From positions 79,484,001 through 79,548,000 of the forward strand of contig OX597827.1 in NCBI GenBank assembly GCA_951406725.2: a DNA stretch of 64,000 nucleotides, given 5' to 3'. Positions 1 to 12,460 of the stretch are shown piece by piece (position 1 is the stretch's first letter; each line of letters begins with the position of its first letter). Both the position numbers and the translations under genes were made by a program. Source of the stretch: Octopus vulgaris. Lineage: Eukaryota. The notes under the pieces were generated by a model that searched no databases, was not told the origin of the DNA, and worked only from the letters and a program-made list of their open reading frames with translations.

Positions 1-1687
1 GTCAAAAGAGGTGGGGCATATCTATGAACTTTGAAGCACCTCTCAGACTGATGAGATAAATGCAAATTATGTCCGACCTGAATGTCTTCAGATCAATATC
101 TGTAGGGAAAATGAGTTGGAACAGGGAATCCAATGACCTTGTCTGAAAGCTTACAATATTGTTAATTTGATAAAGGTAGCTGTGTGCTAGGTAGTTATTG
201 TTTATTTTATTGGCCTCAAATAGATGAAAGATGACTTGAACCCTAATGGAATTCAAACTCAGAAAAAAGAAGCTGGAAATTAAGTACAGTAAAGCATTTG
301 GCACAAACTCAGTGCTTAAATAAATAATAAAAAAGCTTTGGTAAAGGGAAAACAAAAGGAAAGATTGATCTCTTTTATCTATTTTTTGGTAACTTTAGTA
401 CAAACAGAAAATATTGAAACATGATAAATAATCACAGCTTGATTTGATTGATAAAGTTATTTAAGGTCTGCATTATTAAGGTGTACTGCTATCAGGAGAA
501 GTGAAAGTGAAATAATTAAAATTATTTCATGAAAAGTAGGATTATAAGTGTGATTACAATGGATATTGTAAAATATTTGTTTACTCAATAAGTTTCAATA
601 AGCTTCTGATTACCATTGACATCCAAAACAAGTTTATAATTTAAATGAGGCTCCTTTATATTGGTACAATACTACGAAATTGAACAGAGACTACAAAAGA
701 TGAAAAATTATCAGGTATGATTAATAAATACTATTTTTAAAAATGACTGCAATATGGTGAGTAGAGAAATCAAATCTGGCTGATCCTTTTTTCATCATGA
801 TTGTTTAATACAGCTGGTTAACTTATTTTGAACTTGTTTAAAGAAGAAACTAAAGACTGGTAGTGATTAGAAAACTGAATGTTCATAACGAGACTCTTTG
901 TAAAGAATATTTATGCTAATTACCTCTTAACTGAGCATTTTAAATTCAACTCCTAAATAATAGTTAATTAAGCAACTTAAAGAAAATATTTCTTCCTGTT
1001 CATGAAACAACCATTAGAGCGGTTAACTCTGGCTGGCTCATACTGAAATTTGTGAAAGAATATAATAAAGGGAATATTGCTACTAGCTGAGCAGTAAGAA
1101 GTTTGCTTTCCAGTCATATGTCTCCAAGTTCAACCCCACTGTTATGCCATATTATGTAGAAAGATTGATAATATTTTTCTTAATAAGTAGTAATCTTGTT
1201 ATATTTGAGTTGGTTGTAGTTAAATAACTAAGATACTTTCTTGTCTGAATATAGTTGCAGAAATAGATAAGGTTAAATTTTCTTCATGGCTACGTAGTCT
1301 AAGTTCAACTCTATTGCACTGTACTTTGGGCAAGAGTTTTCTAATTTAGTCTTGGGTCAACTAATACATTGTGAGTAGAATTTGGTTGACAAAAAATGTG
1401 TAGTAGCCTGTCATATGTATCTGTATCTAGTGGTGCAAAACAGACTGAGATGCATCCCTTTATATTAACAGGTTAAAATAACCATTTGATAATTAGAGTC
1501 AGGCAACTATCAAACTGAATGAACTATCAAGGGTGATACTATAAACTAAAACTCTTGAAGGTAGTGCCCCAACAAGACCTTAGTTCAGTGACCAGAACCA
1601 ATAAAAGAATGAAAGAAAAAAAATATTACATTAGTTTTATCTAATAATATTTTAAAATCTTTTGAATCCTGATTCATTTTTAATTAC

Positions 1688-1847
1688 CTGATGTTCCGGA
1701 AGTTTGATGTGTAATATCTCCTTCACTCCATCCTCTGTTTCGTTCTTTTTGAGAAGGTAGTGTGTTATTCAAATTGTTTGATGTCATAATGCTATCATTA
1801 TAACATTTTTGTTCAGCTAAACTATCTGCCACATCCTTATTGTAATG
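1688..1847 (-). CDS. Pcdh: Protocadherin A cytoplasmic exon (160 bp)
   Basis: ctgacag|CATTAC...CATCAG|gtaatt; open in phase 0: HYNKDVADSLAEQKCYNDSIMTSNNLNNTLPSQKERNRGWSEGDITHQTSGTS; homologous to the same exon of all other paralogs. Confidence 0.9.
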
Positions 1848-2252
1848 CTGTCAGAAAAGATAAATGGAAAATATATTTTCAGCATGAGAGTCAGTATTAA
1901 ATACAGTTAAAATCAAATTTGTGGTAGGATAGGAGAATTATGTTGCTTTTACTTTTTAAACAATAAATTTGATTATGGTTTCAACAAACGTTGAATCAGC
2001 AGTTATTTATACTCTGTTACTCTGTTACTTGTTTCAGTCATTTGACTGCGGCCATGCTGGAGCACCGCCTTTAGTACAAAGGAAAATATAGAATAATTGT
2101 TTAATATAATCCCAAAGGTGATTCACTTTTGGTAACTTTTGTCTCATCATGCTTGAATGTATTGAAAATAGTCAGCTAAATGTATTGAAAATAGTCAGCT
2201 AAAATACTAAATGAAAAATGAGAATAGTTAATTTAACAGCAACATACTCATT

Positions 2253-2752
2253 ACTATTCTATAGTGTTTGAGATGAGGAATTGAGTACATTATTTACAAT
2301 GGATGGATAGGTGCCCTCATCTTGTTTGTTGTTATCACATTTTGGCTGATGTACTCTCCAGCTTTTATCAGGTGTTCTGGTGAAATTTTGAACCTAACCC
2401 TCTATTTGACTAATGGGGTACACTGTTCTCATTCCTAATGTATGTTACTGATGTTATTTTTTCTGTTGATATTATTTTTCAAGTCCCTGCCTGGGATTGA
2501 ACTTAGAATCCAAGGGTTAGTAGCCTGCACTCTTATCCACTATGCTATATGCCTGTAGGGACTTGAAAAATAATATCAACAGAAAAATAACATCAGCAAC
2601 ATACGTTAGGAATGAGAACAGTGTACCCCATTAGTCAAATAAAGGGTTGGGTTCAAAATTCCACCAGAATACCTGATGAAAGCTGGAGAGTACATCAGCC
2701 AAATGATTACAACAAACAAGATGAGGACAACTATCTGTCTATTGTAAATAAT
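2253..2752. mobile_element. Foldback element: ~200-bp inverted arms with degenerate hammerhead motifs around a tRNA-like loop
   Basis: 2289-2488 is the reverse complement of ~2556-2752. The loop on the minus strand reads TAGCATAGTGG...GCAGGCTACTAACC...AGTTCAATCCC. The right arm carries CTGATGAA-AGCTG...CAGCC-AAAT. Confidence 0.8.
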
Positions 2753-2988
2753 ATATCAATACACTCATTGTAATATTACAGTGTTAATATATGAAAATAT
2801 GAAAGTCATTTCATACAAGAAAAACATTAGAGTCAGAATAAATAGTGAGTTTAAAGTAAATTGCAAAATTTGAAGTAAGTGTTTTACATAACAACATAGA
2901 ATATATTCTTATAGATGACATTCTTCTGAATGAAGAAGTGCATCTGCTGTTTGTAGTTCAATTCTTTATTTCTCTAGTGAAAGGATTC

Positions 2989-3608
2989 GGATCTTTACCT
3001 TTTGACCTACAGATTTAAAAAATAATTTTTTGTAACTAAACACTTTCAAACTGCGGACACTGGTAGAATGTGTCATATAAAACATCTTTTACTCTTAGCA
3101 TTTTTGAGAAAACTTATATTTACAAAGTAATTTCATGTCAAAGTAGTCCTATTTCAGTAATTTCAACCAATCAATGATGTGTATACAGCTGAATAAAATT
3201 ACTGCCGTTGTTTGTCAACAACAATTATCGGTGGTGTATTTTTCATTTGTCATTGTTATGACATCGTCCGTGTGTTTGTACTGGTTTTAGCTTTAAGGTT
3301 TTAGGGTTAGGGTTGTCATAAATAACAGTGACATACGAAAAATACACCACTGGAAGTTCTTGTTGACAGACAATGGCAGTAATTTTATCCAGCTGAATAC
3401 ACGTAATTTTTATTCAGCTGAATACACGTTAAAGTAATCCGAAATAGGACTACTTTAGCGTGAAATAACTTTGTAAATATAAGTTTTTCTCAAAAATGCT
3501 AAGAGTAAAAAATATTTTATATGACGCATTCTACCAGTGTCCGCAGTTTGAAAGTGTTTAGTTACAAAAAATTATTTTTTAAATCTGTAGGTCAAAAGGT
3601 AAAGATCC
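2989..3608. mobile_element. Foldback MITE (non-autonomous DNA transposon, Merlin- or hAT-like) with an 8-bp TSD
   Basis: Termini GGATCTTTACCTTTTGACC / GGTCAAAAGGTAAAGATCC; arms complementary over most of the length; AAGGATTC directly repeated at 2981-2988 and 3609-3616. Confidence 0.9.
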
Positions 3609-4782
3609 AAGGATTCAACTATGGCAACTTAAACCATCAAATTATACAAAATTCCCCAGCAATTCTCATTCTACTCTTATTAGTTTTACTGTCAAATAAA
3701 CTGAGCATATGTGCTTCAGTGCCAACATAAGAGCACCAAGCAATACCAATGATGGGATATAAATATCCACTTTACCTATTCATTTGAAGTACTTTTATGA
3801 ACATCACATTGAGCCACAAGGAAGAGACTAATTATCATTAAGACCAAGAAATATAAAAATTACTACACAAAATGGAACTTATTTTGTCTATGAAGAGAAG
3901 TTAAGTCCCAGGTATTTTTTCTATATTTCTTATTTCTTTACTGCCAAAAAGGGACCACACACAGAGGGGACAAACAAGGACAGACAAATGGATTAAGTCG
4001 ATTATATCGACCCCAGTGCATAAATTGTACTTATTTAATCGACCTGAAGTGTTGAAGTTATAATCCGTTGATATTTCTTAGAACATGAAGGAGTACACTT
4101 TTGTTTATGGCTAGTAGTTGCAATTTTGTATGGCTTTTAATCACTGGTGTCCCAGGTGTGCCATTTCACCCATTACCAAATCAGGTTTTACTGACTGTTC
4201 AGACTTATCATGCTATGTTTCCCAGTTTGCTTGTTGAAATCTGCCTATACTTTGCCTTTAAAATTTGCTACTCTATGTTCCAAATATCTTCAACTTGGCA
4301 CTAATTATATCATGCCTTAAATTCCAGATAATTTATATTGTTTCTACTTTTGGCACAAGGCAAGCTATTTCTGAGGAAAGGTGCTGGTTAGTTGATACTA
4401 ACAACCTCAACACTTGACTGGTACTTTATCTTATCAATCCCAAAAGGATGAAAGGAATAATTAACGTCATTGAGATTTGAAATCAAATTGTAAATACTGG
4501 AAAAAATACTGCAAAACACTTTCAAAGCTCCAACAATTCTGTCAGTTTGTCACCTTCCCAGATGCCTTTCTATAAAGCACAATTTGGTGCTTTCCTGATC
4601 ATAATCATTTTTTTATATGCTTGTAAGGATTAAATGGCAGATATCTTTCCAGATGCCAAAACCTCTTTTACAAGTAATGTACGTTATGCATATCAAACCT
4701 CTGCCAGAAGTTTTGTTTATGGAAGATACAATCTCACCCCAGCATGGTATCAAAACAAAGGCACACAGATACAAACATGTGT

Positions 4783-4803
4783 GCACACACAACACACACA
4801 TGC

Positions 4804-4841
<38 letters not shown>
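4783..4841. repeat. (CA)n microsatellite
   Basis: Visible tandem CA. Confidence 0.95.
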
Positions 4842-4842
<1 letters not shown>

Positions 4843-5278
4843 AGGTTTCCATATAGTTTATATGAGCTAAATTTCACTCATAAGGCATTACTTAGCAACA
4901 AGCTGTGAAAGAAAATACTTGCCCAAGGTAGCATGCAGTGTATCAAATATAAAATAATGATAATCAAATTTTGAAATTGTATTGAATTTTGTTCGTTGCA
5001 GCAGTTTTACAAAGTTCTGTTACTAAGAGAGGCTTCTAAATGTAAGTGGCAATTTATTTCCAGGTCAAAGAAAGGAAAAATTACATAAAATTTTTATCAT
5101 TCAGTTAATTGTTGATTTAGCAAAAATTATTCAGCTATTTATAAATAAATTATATTTACTTACATAAAGATATCTACAGAAAAAGTACTTTTTCTAGGAT
5201 ATATATGATTACTTAGAGATTGATTATCTTAATGATTACTTATATACTTATCATTGCTTATATATTGAAATATCTTAC

Positions 5279-7687
5279 CTGTGGAACTGGTGGAAGTTTT
5301 CTGGGTGTTGTTGAGAATTTCCATTCATTGGCTGGCTGTTCCATCTCTGGGTAATAGGAAGTTTTGGGGTTTATTGACTGAAGATTTCTGTTAAATATCT
5401 CTTCTGCATTTCTCGTTATTGCAACAGGATTATTAGTCTGATACAATATTTGCCTCATTTCAGTCTGAGAGAGAAATTTTGGATTATTTTTTGTTGTTTG
5501 TGAATTATTGAAGTGATTAATACATTTGAAAACACACATTGTTATTGACACTACAACAGCCACAGATAGTATTACAGCTGCTGCTACAATGATAATTATC
5601 CAAGTCATATTCATATTGTTACCAGACTGTGAGTGGACAGCAGTCAACATTGGAGATGTATCATTACTAACAAACAGTGTTAGTATGATAGCAGTTGTTG
5701 CTGATTGAACTGGAGTACCACCATCTTTCACTATAAACTGCAGTTCATATGTTCCTGCATCATTTTGGTAAACTGTGCGAGAGAAAGATAACACACCAGT
5801 GTGTGAGTTCACTGTAAACAGGTTTTTATCATTGGATCTCAGTATTCCATATGTGAGGAAAGCATTGTTTCCAGTGTCTTTGTCAGATGCTTTCAGAATT
5901 GTGATGTCCTTCTTACTGTGTGGATGGTAGTGGACATCGAGATTGTAAGGGTCATTATTAGGAAACGTAAAATATGGAGCATTGTCATTTTTATCCAGAA
6001 TCTCTATAAGAATATTGGCAGTATTATTCAGAGAAGGTGTTCCATTGTCTTTGACTAATACCTGTAAATTATAGATGTCTTTCACTTCTCGATCTATTGG
6101 TTGTGATGTAGAAATGAATCCATATTTGGTCAGTTGGAAAGGAATGTTATCATTGTTGTTATCATTGATGATAGAATATGTAAGTTGGCCTCCATCTCCA
6201 AGATCAGGGTCTGTAGCATTGATGAAGCCAATAGGGAAGTCAACTTTCTGGTTTTCATAGGTGAGGAATTGGAATGTCTCTTTGGTAAAATGTGGTTCTA
6301 CATCATTGACATCAGTTACTTTGACAGAGAACTGTTTCTTAGTCTTTAATGGAGGTGATCCCATGTCATGACATACAATAGAAACAACATAATGGTCTAT
6401 AGTTTCTCTGTCAAGAGGTTCTTTCACCAATATTTTATATTCTTTAGAACCCATATTGGAAAGCTGGAACATTTTATGGTGAATATTACATTTAATTTGA
6501 CCATTAGGTCCACTATCAGTGTCAGTAACCATAACATAAGCTATAAAGCTTCCAATTTTACTTGCTTCTGAAACAGAAGTAGAGCTTTCTGTTAAAGGAG
6601 ATACAAAATCTATATTTATTGTTGGAGCATTATTTTGATTGTTAATGATATTAATAATTAACATGACTGTAGAGCTTAAAGATGGTTTTCCATTATCTTT
6701 TGCTTCAAAATATAATTTATATTTTTGTTGCTTATCTTTGTAAAAATTCTCATTTAGGAAGATCTCTCCATTTGACAAAAGTTTGAAATTTTTTCTAGTG
6801 TAAGAACTTGTCCTTTGACTATAGTTATATGTAATATCTCCATTTTTACCTGAATCTAAGTCTGTAGCTGACAAGATAAAAACAGGAGAAGATATGTGAT
6901 GTGTATCACTGATGGAAATATTGAATGATTTTTGTGAAAATTTAGGTCTGTGATCATTTATATCCATGACAACTATTTGTATATTCAGAATACTTTCTTT
7001 TGGTGGAGAACCTCCATCTTTGGCTACCAGCTGTAATATGTAATTGTCCTTCACTTCTCTGTCTAACATTCCTTTCAGAGTAATTTTAAGTACAGGAAGA
7101 TCATCAAAGTCTTTGAAAATGGATAGTGAGAACTTCTTACTTTTATCTTTTAGTCTGTATGTAATGTTAGAATTAAGAAAACTAATGTCTTTATCCACAG
7201 CATTTAATATTGTTTGTGTTGATCCTTTTGCCTCAGTTTCACGAAACTCTAATTTTATTTGATCCTCTGGGAACTCTGGTTGATGATCATTGATGTCCTC
7301 TATGATTATTTTAATTTTTATTACCTTTACAAATGTTTCTTCTTTTCTGACTGCTACTTTAACTGTTCTGGAACATTCCTTGTTGTATGCACACATTGAC
7401 TCAGCATCTAGCGTTTGAGTTGTGTATAGTTTTCCAGTTCTTGTAACATTGAATAAGTGAGAGCCACTTGACACTTTCCTCTGTAGTTGTGTAAATGTAA
7501 TGAGAGTTTGTTGTTGATGTTTGAGAGAATGTGATAAGTTAGAGTGTGCAGCAATATCTCCTATATAGGTGTAAGGACTCTCCTCTTCATTGACATGGTA
7601 AATTATGTCTATAGTTTCAACAGATGATAAAACTATGTATACAAGACATAAGAGTAGGATATTCCTTGTCATTGCTGCAATCTTCAT
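5279..7687 (-). CDS. Pcdh: Protocadherin A, large exon (signal peptide, EC1-EC6, TM, proximal cytoplasmic region)
   Basis: 809-aa ORF with cadherin motifs (DINDHQPEF, LDRE, DxDxGxNG, DVNDVEP, DKNDNAP), EC1 C-X5-C and TM WIIIIVAAAVILSVAVVVSITM. Donor CAG|GTAAGA at 5279/5278; acceptor tttgtag| at 7710/7709, 22 nt before the ATG. Confidence 0.97.
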
Positions 7688-9965
7688 TACTTTTCAAAGG
7701 GATTAATATCTACAAATAAGAAATACTCACTTTTGAATCATACAAAATCATCATAAATAATATAACGATAGAGATAACAATGTGATTGCATCCTTTTAAT
7801 TCTCACATTTCAAGACATAGTTTATAGATGTTAGAAAAATTTTGAAAATCTACTCTATTTTGTGCATAGCAATATAGTTAGTAGATAAACAATTATGGAG
7901 ATAATCTTTCTCACATGCACTCTGGTAAAAAAATTTTAATGTAGATTTGGACTTTTAAAAGCCAGTGGTTTGAAGAAGAATAAAAAAACAAAAAAATGGA
8001 AGATTTACAAGTTAAATTTATAAGAAATAAAGAATGGCCATTATGCTTTCTATAAGATTTGGGATATGAGTCAGAAGAAAATAATTGTGATAAGAAAATA
8101 TAGGTGAGAGAAATAGTTATGAATGTATGTGTAATACAATTTCAACAAAGTAGAAACTATTTAATGAATGAACATTTTTGTATATCATGATATATTTAAT
8201 GTATATAATATTAGCTTAAAATATGCTAATTTTGTTGCAAAATAGTAATATTGTTGTTATAACTCTTAAATATATCAGATAAAAAGGAACAACATGCTAT
8301 TATTGTTTTAAGACTACTGGTTTTATCATTAGGTAGAACTGTAAATGCCACCTTGATTTTCATATCATTGTATAAATTTACAGTAGAACTTTTGGTACTT
8401 GAAGATGCAGTAATTCTGCCACTTCCATTCTAACCACCAATGTTAACAAGCATTCTTTATCCCTGAGTTATCTGCTACAAATAAGCAAATGAAGTTATTT
8501 TCCTAGATATGATTCGATTCTTCATATCTTTTACACAACTGAATCCCACAACTCTCAAAAGTTTTTCACACATTTGCACTGATGATGAACACATACATTC
8601 TACCAACTCCAGTGTTACTCAGAGTCTAGAAAAGTCTCACAGAACTCTATATTTTGTGCATTAACAACCCTCTTCCTTTCACTTTTAATTATATGCAATC
8701 CAACTTAGATGATAATACATTTTTCTCCTCTGTCATCTGTAACATCCAGATGTCATCTGCAACTAATTTAGATACTTCTCAACAACAAATGGACTCTATT
8801 TATTTGGCTGTAAAATCCTAACTTACTCTTTGTGATGTAACGTTCACTATGTGATAAAATCATCCTTCAGTTAGTGATGGCCAAGGTAGTATGCTTTGCT
8901 TGAATACTTGCTGTACATGCTTTAGCAAAACTATTTCTGATTGTCTGTCTGAAACTCTTTAGTAGTATGGGGATATGTAGATTAGCATGCTTTAAAGGAT
9001 GGTGTTTGTCATCTGCTTAACTTTCTTAGATTAGAGCTGAAACAGTTGCTGCCATGGATTGTCTATGAAGGTTATACCAACTGTCTGATTTGTATGACCA
9101 GAAAGAACATTAAAAAAAAGGTTGTTGTGGGATTTGCCTTTTGAAATGGATTGAATCAGCAGCGATGAATATATGGCTGTAGCAATAATAATAATATGTG
9201 ATTTGCTAATCTATTATAGCAATAAGAAACAAAATACTAAGATATTTACTACACAAAGGAAATTCATGTTAAGATGCCTAACTGGAAGAGATACTGTCTG
9301 ATTAAAATAGTGGGACTATGATTTACAATTTTATGAAATGTATTAGAGAACATTAAAAGACTAAATGCAAATTTTGGCATATTATATCCCAATAGAATAA
9401 TAAGATATATCTAAAGATATTTGAATGAATTGCCATAAATTATAAATTTTATATATAGCCAGCTCATTTCCATTCTCATATACATACATGAGTTATTCCA
9501 TTGTATTACAATAAATTAAAACTTCCAGAATTGCAATTTTTACACGTTGAAAATCGAATTATCGAAATATTTTCCCATTTTGTGAGTGAACTGGTTACTA
9601 TCTTCCACCCATACGAAAAAGGTTTGTTGCTTAAAATAGGTTATGTTAAGAGTTATTTCCCTGGAAATCTTGCTCAAACCATTTAAAGTAATATTAAATC
9701 AGTGAAGTGTTCTTAAATGTCTTACAACGACAAATAGTGGAAATATTTTAGTGCTATTTTAACATATTTCTCTCATTTTCAAGTTTTCAAAAACAATTTA
9801 AGTATATGCTGTGATTTTCAATTATATATTGTATAGTTTCCCTAGGCTAGAGACAATGGCCATTTATTTTTTATAAATAAATGACAATTAGTTATCAATT
9901 AATCATTCCTCCCCATATAATATGTGTATTATATATATATATATATACATGTGTGTGTGTGTGTA

Positions 9966-9997
<32 letters not shown>

Positions 9998-10116
9998 CAT
10001 AAGCATAAACACACACTGACATGCTAAGAAGTTTACTTTCAAAATTGGTATAAGTGCATATTTGGTTGATTTCATGATGATCATTAAAACACAATCTGTA
10101 AGCTGCTGGCTTCATG

Positions 10117-10136
10117 CATATATATATATATATATA

Positions 10137-10229
<93 letters not shown>
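10117..10229. repeat. (TA)n microsatellite
   Basis: Visible tandem TA with GC interruptions. Confidence 0.95.
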
Positions 10230-10232
<3 letters not shown>

Positions 10233-10614
10233 CCAGTGGGCAAATCTTAGTCTTCCAATGAAAATCAGATATATTCAAGTTGTTGTTTCCTCAATTACTC
10301 AAAAGTCATTCCAATTCATACATCTGGTCTTCAAAGTAAGCCCTTCATTATACATTGCTAAACATATTCAGCAATTTCAGTTGTCCAGTGGCTTCCTAAT
10401 TTTTTTATAAACTGTTTGTCATTACCAGTATCAAAGAAGTTATAGACCAGAGAGGTATTTAGGCCTAGAATCTAAAGATAAAAGTTGTTTGCTGATACAC
10501 ACAGTTTTTAATATACTTATTTTGTAAAACTGAAATTTTATTAAAGTGAAGTAGATGATGAAAATGCATGTACAAGTCACATTTTCTTGTAGTGTTTTCA
10601 TTCATGATATATAT

Positions 10615-10809
10615 TCTTTTACTTGTTTCAGTAATTTGACTGCAGCCATGCTAGAGCACCACTTTGAAGGGTTTTAGTCAAACAAATTAATCCCAAAGCT
10701 TATGTTTTAAGCCTAGTACTTATTTTAACAGTTTCTTTTGCTGAACCACTAAGTTATGAGGACATAAACACCTCATCACCAGTTGTCAAACAGTGAGAGG
10801 AGTATAAAT

Positions 10810-10840
<31 letters not shown>

Positions 10841-11005
10841 TGGCTGGCTTCTTTCAGTTTCTGTCAACCAAATACACTCACAAGGCTTTGGTTGGCCTGG
10901 GGCTATAGTAGAAGTTACTTGCCAAGGTGCCATACAGTAGGACTGAACCTGGGACAATGTGGTTTGGAAGCAAGCTTCTTACCACACAGCCATATCTGCA
11001 CCTAT
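10615..11005 (-). mobile_element. tRNA-derived SINE (common octopus-type family)
   Basis: Minus-strand head TGGCTGTGTGGTAAGAAGCTTGCTTCC...GGTTCAGTCC (A/B boxes), internal (TG)n, tail shared with the fragment at 2020-2075; related fragments near 1085-1420, 15700 and 35395. Confidence 0.75.
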
Positions 11006-11036
11006 AATATATATATATATATATAAGAGTCAAGTT

Positions 11037-11248
11037 AGAAATAATGGTCATCACATATAATTCCTTTATTGGAGCAAATGTGACTTACAGCTGTTTCAGT
11101 TGTGATTGTAGGTACATTACTGATAGGTTTACTCAATTGGTCTATTTATCAATTGAAGTAAATTGAACGACATAAAAAGATTAATGCTACTTTTATCAGA
11201 GCCAAATTTGTTTCAATAAAGGAATTATATGTAATGACTATTATTTTT
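11037..11248 (-). ncRNA. Degenerate hammerhead-like motif closed by a ~45-bp hairpin stem
   Basis: 11041-11085 pairs with 11200-11245; inside, on the minus strand, CTGATAA...ACT-GAAA-CAGCTG-TA (one core mismatch, palindromic stem III ACAGCTGT). Confidence 0.5.
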
Positions 11249-11450
11249 AAGTTGCTTCTTATATATAACTCTGTAAAAACCAATTTATTTGAAGGCCGTC
11301 CATGGATTTATAATACAGAATTGTGATGGATAATAGCTTGGAATCCAACCAAAAGTTTTTCACTAATCTAACTAATTTTGTTAGCCAAGGGTGTCAACAG
11401 AGACCTTATGAAGTATATTTCTTGGATTGATAAGCCCTAACTATTTGTTC

Positions 11451-11482
<32 letters not shown>

Positions 11483-11949
11483 TACACATACACACACAAA
11501 TCGAAGGATTTCCAACATATAGATGCATATAATAATGATTTTATGTTTATGTATTTATATAAATGTTTGAATAAAAATTAATATTTTAGAAATAAGATGG
11601 ATATATATTTTATTGTCTTGATAACTTATAATTAGTATTTTTAAAATGGATATATAAAACAAATAGAATGATGAAATATAAAATGAAAGTGCTGTTCATT
11701 CTCTTAAATTTTAATAAGAAAAATATTTTGTGTTAAAATCATTATAGTCCTCAGTCGAAAAAATATTGTATATGAATGTTGATTTATTAAAGCATACACA
11801 GGTGTGTGTGTGTGTGTGTAGACAATGAAATATCTCATTGATTTCCATAAATTGCTTAATATTTTTTGAGAAATTTATCATAGGATTAAAAGTATTATTC
11901 CAGTTTATTTCTAGTACAAACACAAAAGTACAGACATGTACATGCACTC

Positions 11950-11990
<41 letters not shown>

Positions 11991-12326
11991 TTTATATAAA
12001 AGAAGCTATTATTCAAAATAAATTTTATATTACAAGAGATTAGATCTTGTTTAACATTTTTTAAATAATTAATTCTACCCAGTTTCTTTACATCAACACT
12101 GTATAAGTGCTATTGCAATATATGAAACATCATATATTCACGTAAATTTGTCTTATTTGATTGTAATTATTTCCACTGCTATGGAAATATGTCTTCCCTC
12201 TGACTGCTGGTCCTAGTAATAGTGAAAATGATTGCTATATCTTTTTATCCTTATTTTCGTGTAGAATATCATTTGTCTTCTAATAAAATGACATTGAATA
12301 GAAATAAATCAAATAGAAGATCTTAC

Positions 12327-12460
12327 CTTCATTGTTTAATCCATTGTTCCCACGACATGAAACTACAGTCATGCATCTTGTAGTGTTCCAGAGCAACTAT
12401 TGCTGCAGTAGCACAATAACAGTTGTATGTTGATGAACTGCTGTTGTGAGTCAGATGATA
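12327..12460 (-). promoter_or_regulatory. Conserved promoter / non-coding first exon of gene A
   Basis: TGACTCA at 12447-12453; ends GGATTAAACAATGAAG|GTAAGA; homologous blocks precede every large exon. Left end is the donor; the TSS is unknown. Confidence 0.7.

Noticed and set aside
2-355. 117-aa minus-strand ORF at the window start
   Set aside because: No recognisable motif, starts at a non-ATG codon, and the composition is typical of chance AT-rich ORFs
5258-5278. Single-exon genes ending at the ORF-track stops (PQVRYFNI* etc.)
   Set aside because: Homology ends exactly at CAG|GT in all five genes and phase-compatible downstream exons exist; the extra residues are intron read-through
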